This document shows, piece by piece, positions 5,887 through 12,900 of a DNA stretch of 14,637 nt. Made by a program: the position numbers and the translations under genes. The first letter of the stretch is position 1. The number at the start of each line of letters is the position of its first letter. Where the stretch lies: contig JAZGDW010000169.1 in the NCBI GenBank assembly GCA_036478295.1, positions 1 through 14,637 on the forward strand, given 5' to 3'. The DNA is from Candidatus Krumholzibacteriia bacterium (GTDB lineage: Bacteria > Krumholzibacteriota > Krumholzibacteriia > WVZY01). The notes beneath the pieces are model-generated. The model did no database searches and was not told the DNA's origin. It saw only the letters and a program-made list of their open reading frames with translations.

Positions 5887-8748
5887 ATGAAGCCATCCGC
5901 AAGGATCACAGTTCTTCCGATTGCGATCCTTCTCTCTCTCTCCGCTTCCGCTCCCGTTTTCCCCGGGGCTGCCTCTGGGGATACCCTATTCGTCAAGTCC
6001 GATGCCTCGGGCGCCGACAACGGCACCTCGTGGATGGACGCCTATGCGAGCCTGCAGTCCGCCTTTGCAGGTGCGGTAGGCGGTGATGAAATCTGGGTGG
6101 CGGCCGGCATCTACACGCCAACCACCGGCGCCGATCGCACGGCGACCTTTCAGCACGCCGATAGTGTGGCGGTTTACGGCGGCTTCGCCGGCACGGAGGC
6201 CATGCGTGACCAGCGTGATTGGACGGCGAACGTGACCGTCTTGAGCGGCGCCGTCGGCGGACTCCAAATCGATGACAACAGTTACCACGTGGTATCGGCG
6301 TGGTTTACCAGTGCGGCTGCGGTACTCGACGGCTTCACAGTGACCGGCGGGCGGGCGAACGGTAGCACTCCGGAGCGCGAGGGCGCTGGAATCCACATGT
6401 TCAACGCGAGCCCCACGCTCGCGAATCTGGTCATCACCGATAACCTGGCGCTGATGAGGGGCGGCGGTGTGTTTATCGATGGCGGCTCCCCCTCGTTCAC
6501 CAACGTCACCATCTTCAATAACACGTGCGGTGGGCTGTTTATGGGAACGAACTTCATTGGCATCGGCGGCGGCGTCTACAGCACAGGCAGCAACCCGACG
6601 TTTACGGATGTCACTTTCACCGGTAATCAAAGCCAGGGAAGGGGCGACGGCCTCCTCTGCCGTACCAACGCGACGTTGACCAACTGCGTATTCGACAGCA
6701 ATGGCGGTGCAGCCGTAACAGCGGAATTGAACGGCACGGTGAACATAACCGGTTGTACATTTACCAACAATGCCGGTACCGGACTCATCAGTCGGAGCGG
6801 TATCACGGTAACGATGACGGACTGCAGTTTCGTGGGCCACCCGGGCGGCGGTGTGAGCATTACGAATGGCACACTTACGAACGTCTTTTTCGCCAATAAC
6901 TCGACGACTGCCGGCGGGGGCGCGCGGTTCTCGGGCAACGTCACCGTGACGAACGCCGTATTCGTGAACAATGCCGCGCACAGGGGCGGCGCGATCGATT
7001 ATTCGAGCAGCACCGGCACGCTCACGCTGATCAACGTGTCGTTCTTCGGCAACACGGCGACCGTCGCCGGCAGCGTTATTTGGGTGGGCGGAGGTTCTAC
7101 AGTGGCGTTCAACACCGTTGCGTGGGGAAACGGTACCTCGCCGGTCATTGTCGACGGGGCTGCTTCGCTCGTATTCAACCACTCGCTCGTCGAAGGTTCG
7201 GGCGGCAGTGGCGCCTGGAACCCCGGTTTCGGCACGGACGGTGGAAGCAACATCGACGCCGACCCACTCTACGCCGACACCTCGGTCGAGAATCTGCGCC
7301 TGCGAGCCGGCTCTCCGGCGGTTGACGCGGGTGACAACACCGTGCCCGGACTGCCGGCAACCGACCTCGACGGCGAGCCGAGGACGGTGGGAGCGGCGGT
7401 GGACATGGGCGCCTTCGAGTACGTGTGCCCACCCGGATCCCGGTTATACGTCGACGCCGGTGCCTCGGGCGCCGCAGACGGCTCATCCTGGGGCGATGCG
7501 TTTCCGACGCTTCAACAGGCCCTGGTGGTGGCGTGCAGCACCATTACCGAAATATGGGTGGCGCGTGGCACGTACACGCCGACGATCAGTACCGACCGGA
7601 GCCGGCGATTCCGGCTTCGAAACGGACTCACCATTTACGGTGGCTTCAACGGGACGGAGAGCGTGTTGGGCCAGCGTGACCTCGGTGCCAACCCGACGGT
7701 GCTAAGCGGCGAGATCGGTCTGCCGGGAGAGAGCGACAACAGCTATCACGTGGTAACGGGTAGCGGCGTTGATTCTACTGCCGTCCTCGACGGCTTTATC
7801 GTGAGCGACGGTCTCGCCGACGGCCCCTCTCCGGACAACACGGGCGCGGGGATGTTGAACGTCACGGGGAGCCCGTCGATCGTCAACGTGGTATTCACAG
7901 ACAATTCGGCCGCGGCCGCGGGCGGAGGGATGTACAACTTCATACTTAGCCACCCGAACGTCACCAACGTGGTCTTCCACGATAATTTCGCCGTCGGCAA
8001 CGGCGGCGGCATGCACAACGTACTGAGCGATCCAACCCTGACCAACGTCACCTTCAACGGCAACGTCGGTGGCTCAGCGGGCGGCTTGTACAACAGCGCC
8101 AGCAACCCCGTGATCGTCAACACGATTCTGTGGGGCGACAGCGCCGGCGAGGTCGTCAACCTGTCCGCCAGCCCCGTGTTCTCATATTCGCTGGTGCAGG
8201 GTTCGGGAGGCAGCGCTGCGTGGAATCCCGCGACGGGGACGGACGGCGGCAACAACATCGACGTCGATCCGCTCTTCGTCAACGCCGCCGGCGGCGACCT
8301 GTCTTTGGAGGTCGCATCGCCCGCCATTGACGCGGGCGACAACAGCGCGCCCAACCTCCCGCCGACCGATATCGCCGGCCATCCGCGCATCGTCTTTACC
8401 GTGGACATGGGTGCCTTCGAGCACGCCCTTGTCACCGGGATCGGTGATCCGCTCATCCCGGGCTTGTCAAGGTGGCCTGTGCTCCGTACCCCGTATCCCA
8501 ATCCGTTCAATCCGCGGATCACGATCTCGTTCGAGCTGGACCGCGCAAGAGAGGTGCATGTGTCCATATACGACGTGCGCGGGGCTCTCGTGCGCCGGCT
8601 CATCGGCGGCGTTCGCAGCGTGGGACCGCACCGTGTCGTGTGGGACGGCACCGACGTGGCGGGCACGAGTGTGGCGAGCGGCGTGTACTTCGTACGCTTC
8701 CAGTCGGACGGGTGGACCGACCACCGCAAGGTCACGCTGATCAAGTAA
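5887..8748 (+). CDS. Secreted protein: signal peptide, two tandem Pmp-like right-handed beta-helix + choice-of-anchor Q modules, FlgD-Ig/T9SS-like C-terminal domain
   Basis: ATG 5887 with AGGAG 7 nt upstream and signal peptide MKPSARITVLPIAILLSLSASA. Repeated GG(G/A) and FxxN motifs. Two copies of NIDxDPL...LxLxxxSPAxDAGDN...DxxGxPR...VDMGAFE. C-terminus PYPNPFNPRITISFEL...IYDVRGALVR...WDGTD...VASGVYF. The ORF-track start at 5794 overlaps the terminator tail and is unlikely. Confidence 0.85.
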   Translation: MKPSARITVLPIAILLSLSASAPVFPGAASGDTLFVKSDASGADNGTSWMDAYASLQSAFAGAVGGDEIWVAAGIYTPTTGADRTATFQHADSVAVYGGFAGTEAMRDQRDWTANVTVLSGAVGGLQIDDNSYHVVSAWFTSAAAVLDGFTVTGGRANGSTPEREGAGIHMFNASPTLANLVITDNLALMRGGGVFIDGGSPSFTNVTIFNNTCGGLFMGTNFIGIGGGVYSTGSNPTFTDVTFTGNQSQGRGDGLLCRTNATLTNCVFDSNGGAAVTAELNGTVNITGCTFTNNAGTGLISRSGITVTMTDCSFVGHPGGGVSITNGTLTNVFFANNSTTAGGGARFSGNVTVTNAVFVNNAAHRGGAIDYSSSTGTLTLINVSFFGNTATVAGSVIWVGGGSTVAFNTVAWGNGTSPVIVDGAASLVFNHSLVEGSGGSGAWNPGFGTDGGSNIDADPLYADTSVENLRLRAGSPAVDAGDNTVPGLPATDLDGEPRTVGAAVDMGAFEYVCPPGSRLYVDAGASGAADGSSWGDAFPTLQQALVVACSTITEIWVARGTYTPTISTDRSRRFRLRNGLTIYGGFNGTESVLGQRDLGANPTVLSGEIGLPGESDNSYHVVTGSGVDSTAVLDGFIVSDGLADGPSPDNTGAGMLNVTGSPSIVNVVFTDNSAAAAGGGMYNFILSHPNVTNVVFHDNFAVGNGGGMHNVLSDPTLTNVTFNGNVGGSAGGLYNSASNPVIVNTILWGDSAGEVVNLSASPVFSYSLVQGSGGSAAWNPATGTDGGNNIDVDPLFVNAAGGDLSLEVASPAIDAGDNSAPNLPPTDIAGHPRIVFTVDMGAFEHALVTGIGDPLIPGLSRWPVLRTPYPNPFNPRITISFELDRAREVHVSIYDVRGALVRRLIGGVRSVGPHRVVWDGTDVAGTSVASGVYFVRFQSDGWTDHRKVTLIK

Positions 8749-8770
8749 CGGCGCTTTGCAAGCGTATCGC

Positions 8771-8794
8771 GGCACCGGCGGTGCCTCTTGTTAT
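8771..8794 (+). terminator. Possible intrinsic terminator after the beta-helix gene, overlapping the first repeat unit
   Basis: GGCACC-ggc-GGTGCC (8771-8785) followed by TCTTGTTAT. The stem is short and the U tract is interrupted. Confidence 0.4.
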
Positions 8795-8955
8795 CACCAC
8801 TAAAAGTTGGTCCTGCAGGCGGGAGTGCCTCTTGCTCTCACCACTAAAAGTTGGTCCTGCAGGCGGGAGTGCCTCTTACTCTCACCACCAAAAGTTGGTC
8901 CTGCAGGCGGGAGCGCCTCTTACTCTCACCACCAAAAGTTGGTCCCGCAGCGGGA
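8781..8955. repeat. Non-coding tandem direct repeat, 4 x 44 bp, no spacers
   Basis: Unit GTGCCTCTTRCTCTCACCACYAAAAGTTGGTCCTGCAGGCGGGA; copies at 8781-8824, 8825-8868, 8869-8912 and 8913-8955 (last copy 43 bp). Confidence 0.97.
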
Positions 8956-8998
8956 GCTGGCAAATGTAACCTTTTATACTACAATCAATTACAAACAA

Positions 8999-9014
8999 GT
9001 GACGAAATAGTCAC
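8999..9014. promoter_or_regulatory. Secondary operator GTGAC-N6-GTCAC, likely bound by the ArsR-family regulator
   Basis: GTGAC gaaata GTCAC has the same core and spacing as the palindrome at 9050-9069. Confidence 0.6.
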
Positions 9015-9049
9015 CTTTTTGCTTGCGCGGGGTACCCGCCATGAGTTAT

Positions 9050-9069
9050 ATGTGACTCTAGAGTCACAT
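9050..9069. promoter_or_regulatory. Perfect 20-bp palindromic operator overlapping the ArsR start codon (autoregulation)
   Basis: ATGTGACTCT|AGAGTCACAT; its last two bases are the AT of ATG 9068. ArsR/SmtB repressors typically bind palindromes at their own promoter. Confidence 0.75.
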
Positions 9070-9844
9070 GAAAACAACCGCTGCCGATATGGTGTTCAAG
9101 GCGCTGGCCGATCCGAGCCGGCGCCGCATCCTCGATCTCGTCAAGGCGAGCCCCGGGGTGACGGTGTCCGAGCTGGCGGGCTCGTTCGATTTCACCCGCT
9201 ACGCGGTAATGAAACACCTCCGCATCCTGGAAGACGTGGGGCTCATCGTCCCCCGCCGGGCCGGCAAGACCAAGGAACTCTACCTGAACGCGATTCCCAT
9301 CCAGACGATTTACGACCGGTGGATCTCGCGTTACAGCGCCCTGTGGGCGTCGCAGCTGACGTCACTCAAATACAAGCTCGAAAAGGAGGAACCCACCATG
9401 GGAACCAAACCCCAACACCTGTACGTGCTCTACATCGGCGCCAGTACGGACAAAGTCTGGGACGCGCTCACCAACCCGGAACTCACGGTCCAGTATTTTC
9501 ACAGCACCGAGATCCAGTCGGAGTTCAAGGCGGGGTCGTCCATCGATTACATGGTAGACGATAAGAAAGGTGGAAAGCGAAGCGTCGTGTCGGGCAAGAT
9601 CCTCGAAGTGGACCCGGGCAAGCGCGTCATGTACACGTTCAAATTCGAGGGTAACGACGACCCGCCCTCTACCGTGACGTACGAGATCGAGGAGGTGGGC
9701 GAGATGTCGAAGCTCACCGTATCACACGTCTTCGAGACGGAGAACCAGACGTACAAGGACACCGGCGAGGGATGGCCGGCGATTCTCAGCAGCCTGAAGA
9801 GCCTGCTCGAGACCGGCACCGCGTTGCCGATGCCGCCGAGCTAG
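9068..9844 (+). CDS. ArsR/SmtB-family HTH transcriptional regulator fused to an SRPBCC (AHSA1/START-like) ligand-binding domain
   Basis: aa 1-105: VFKALADPSRRRILDL...TVSELAGSFDFTRYAVMKHLRILEDVGLI. aa 111-258: YIGASTDKVWDALTNPE...GKILEVDPGKRVMYTF...SKLTVSH...GWPAILSSLKSLLETG. The protein has no Cys, arguing against thiol-based metal or arsenite sensing. Confidence 0.92.
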   Translation: MKTTAADMVFKALADPSRRRILDLVKASPGVTVSELAGSFDFTRYAVMKHLRILEDVGLIVPRRAGKTKELYLNAIPIQTIYDRWISRYSALWASQLTSLKYKLEKEEPTMGTKPQHLYVLYIGASTDKVWDALTNPELTVQYFHSTEIQSEFKAGSSIDYMVDDKKGGKRSVVSGKILEVDPGKRVMYTFKFEGNDDPPSTVTYEIEEVGEMSKLTVSHVFETENQTYKDTGEGWPAILSSLKSLLETGTALPMPPS

Positions 9845-9866
9845 ACGCGTTTCCGTCCGAACAAAC

Positions 9867-9909
9867 AGAACCGGCTGGTTACTCCAGCGAGGAGGCGCCA
9901 GCCGGTTCT
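9867..9909. terminator. Long hairpin between convergent genes, probable (bidirectional) terminator
   Basis: AGAACCGGCTGG (9867-9878) and CCAGCCGGTTCT (9898-9909) form a perfect 12-bp stem with an inner CTCC/GGAG stem. The flanking U tracts are weak. Confidence 0.6.
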
Positions 9910-9984
9910 TCCATGTTCGCTCAACGTGCGGGTTGACCGCTGCATGTAAAACAGCGAGGCCGCCCACTCCCCTGCGGTCGCGTG

Positions 9985-12900
9985 TTACTTCAGCATAATC
10001 ATCTTACGGGTGCGAACGAAATTCCCCGCCTTGAGTCTGTAGAAATACACGCCGCTCGCCACGGACTCGCCCCGCGTGTTGCGACCGTCCCATTGAATCT
10101 TGTAGCGTCCGGGCTGCTGAAACTCGTTCACCAGCTCACGGATCCGTTCACCACGCACATTGTAAATCACCAGCCGCGCATCGACCGCCGCCGGCAAATC
10201 GTAGGCGATGGTTGTCGTGGGATTCAGCGGATTGGGATAGTTCTGATGCAGGCTGAATTCCACGGGAACCCTCAGGTCCACGCCGAACGCCGTCACAACG
10301 TTCGTCGAATCCACGACGAGCTGAACCGCAACCGTGACCACGGGCGTCGCCGGGTCGTTGCTGGAGATATTGAGGTTCTGCTGGAACATCCCCGGCGGCA
10401 GGACCGTGCCGTCCATGTTCAGTATGATATCGACGCTGCCGCCCGGAGCTACCGTCCCGGTCACCGGAGTCACCGTTAGCCAGGCGAGCTGTGCCATCCA
10501 GTTGAACACCTGGTTGGCCAGGAGACGGTTGTCGTCGAAGTGGATCATGACGTCGTGGAATGGCTGATCGGTCATCGCGACGACGCGTCCACTACCCACT
10601 TCGCTGTACGCGATCATGCTCTGCCCGAACAAGTCGTCGACCAGCCGCTGCGCCGGCGCGAACAGAATGAGCTGTGCATCGGGACCCAGCAGGGTGATCT
10701 GGCTGACACCGCTGGTCATTTCATGCGGGTGGATCAGGTTGGTCGGCCCTCCGAATCCGGCCGCGGCGAAATAGAAAATTCCCGACCCGATGGCTATGTT
10801 CAGCCCCTCGTAGATGGGCACCGACGGAGCAGTATCCGCCTCGATCAGTAGACTGCCGCCGGCTAGCACCCAGTCCACGATGGCGGTAATCTCGGCGCCG
10901 GTAAAGGGGATCGCTGTGTTGCCGAGCCACAGGATATCGAAACCACCAAGCAGCGAGGGTGTGATAGGCCCGGAGTTTTCCACCACGGTAGCCCCCCGCG
11001 CCGTTATGTCGGAAATGATGATCGACCACAGTGCGATGCCACCGAGCCCGTGATGCCCGTGCCACAGTACATTGAAAACGCCGGCAGTGGCGGCGCGCCC
11101 CATCGGCCTGCCGGGACTTGTCACGCCTGCGGGTCCACCCATTCCACCAGCGGCCAGCGGACTCGATCCAGTCGGCACGGTTACGTTGAGATTCCAGTTC
11201 AAATCGCTGCCGCCGGTGTTCGACACGGTGATCGTATCATTCCTTATCTCACCCGGCTGGATGACGTGCTTCAACGAATCGTCCGAAACGACGATGACGG
11301 GTGCCACCAGGGCTTCCGCGGTGAGATCGACGTCGAGCGTGCTCTGGCTGGCATCGTTGCTACTGATGGTCATGATCGCCGCCACCGCCCCGACCGAGGT
11401 TGGCGCGTAGGTTACGTTGACCGTCTGCTGGCCCCCAATCGGTACATCGAACGTCGTCGGCGCAATGGTGAACTCGGGATGGCTCGAGACGATGCCGCTC
11501 ACGCTGAGGAGGTCGGTGCCGATGTTTTTGACCTGTATCGACCGGGTGTCCGGAAAACCGATAAAGACACTTCCGAAATCGATCAAGGTTGTCGACACCC
11601 CGATCTTGGGAACACCGGTCACATCCAGCGTCGCCGGCACCGTTACGATTGGTTGTGTCGGCACGTTGGTGCTGAACTGTATGGTGGCGGCGAAGGAACC
11701 GCCCAACAAGGTGGACGCATTGAAGGTGACCGTGATATTCAGGCTGTCCCCGGCGCTTATCGTACCCGAAGGGGGGGTCACAAGGAGCCAGACCACCGCG
11801 GTGCCCGTTGCAGCGTCATCGGGGGCGCTCGTCGGCGCGATGTCCGGCATCACGGCAGTTGTTGTGTTGCCGTCACGCGCCACGCCCGCCCGCAGCCCGC
11901 TACCGAACCGCGACCGCTCTCCCTCGTGGCCGCCTCGTCCGAATACCGCAGGCGAGACCGGCGTGCCCGACGAATCGCCGGCTGCGGTCACCAGAGTAGT
12001 GAAGATCAGATCGCTGCCGCCCGGATTGCGGATCGTGAGAATCTGCTGGGCCGAGTCGCCCGCGATGAGCGCTTCGTGCAGCGAATCCGGCTGCGTCACG
12101 ATCTGCGGCGGCACCAGGCCTTCGCCCTCCAGCGTGATGGCCAGCAGCCCCTCGTCGATGTCGTTGCTGGCGATGGTAAGCGTGCCCGGTAACGGACCGG
12201 CCGAGCTCGGTCTAAACGTGACCACTATCGTCCGGTTCTCTCCGGGGTTCAGATTGAAATTGGTCAGGTTCACGGTGTAATCGGCATTATCCGAGGTAAT
12301 GCCGGTAACGGTGAGCACGTCGGTACCCACGTTGGAGACAACGATGGACCGCGTATCAGACCCGCCGATGAAGAGCGGCGGGAACGTGACAAGGCGGGTC
12401 GACACGGCGATGTTGGCAGCACCGGTGACGTTCAAGTGTGCCGGGATCACCACTTCGGCTGCGAGCGGATCGTTGCTGGAAATAATCATCTCGGCGTGAT
12501 AGTCGCCACCGAGCAACCCGGAGGCATCGAAAGTGACGTCGATATTCGCCGATGCGCCCGGCGCAACCGTGCCGATGAGCGGATCCGCAAGGACCCAGCC
12601 CACCCCTGCTCCCGCCCACTCCAGGGCGTTCCGCAGCAGAATCGCCGCACCGGGCCGGGCCTGGTTGACCAGGTGCCAGTCGGGGTCGAGGCCGGAGAGC
12701 ACAACCCGGCCCGCGCCCACGGGTCCGGCCACGATGGCCGTTTGCGTGCTGGAGCCCTCGACCGCGAGAACCTCCAGCGCACGCGGCAGACTCGTAAATA
12801 CATTGTGAGCCGAACTGCCCCAGTTGCTGAGATCGGCGCTGGTCAGCCCCGCCATTACGGGATGGCTGGAATTGACGATGGTGACAAAATCGAAATTCCT

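Noticed and set aside
8781..8955. CRISPR array
   Set aside because: The units are contiguous and near-identical over their whole length, with no unique spacers, and there are no cas genes in the window.
9051..9068. CRP/FNR site (TGTGA...TCACA)
   Set aside because: The spacing is N8, not the N6 of CRP; autoregulation by the adjacent ArsR protein is the simpler explanation.
9068..9400. Arsenic or metal resistance repressor (arsR sensu stricto)
   Set aside because: There are no Cys residues or obvious metal-site motifs and no ars or efflux genes nearby.
8807..9564. ORFs 8807..9010, 8851..9564 and 8472..8969 running through the repeat
   Set aside because: Their peptides are the three frame-rotations of a 44-bp unit, and they overlap better-supported genes out of frame.
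8781..9844. Type III toxin-antitoxin locus (repeat RNA antitoxin plus toxin)
   Set aside because: The unit size is compatible, but the downstream gene is an ArsR-SRPBCC regulator with no resemblance to ToxN, CptN or TenpN.
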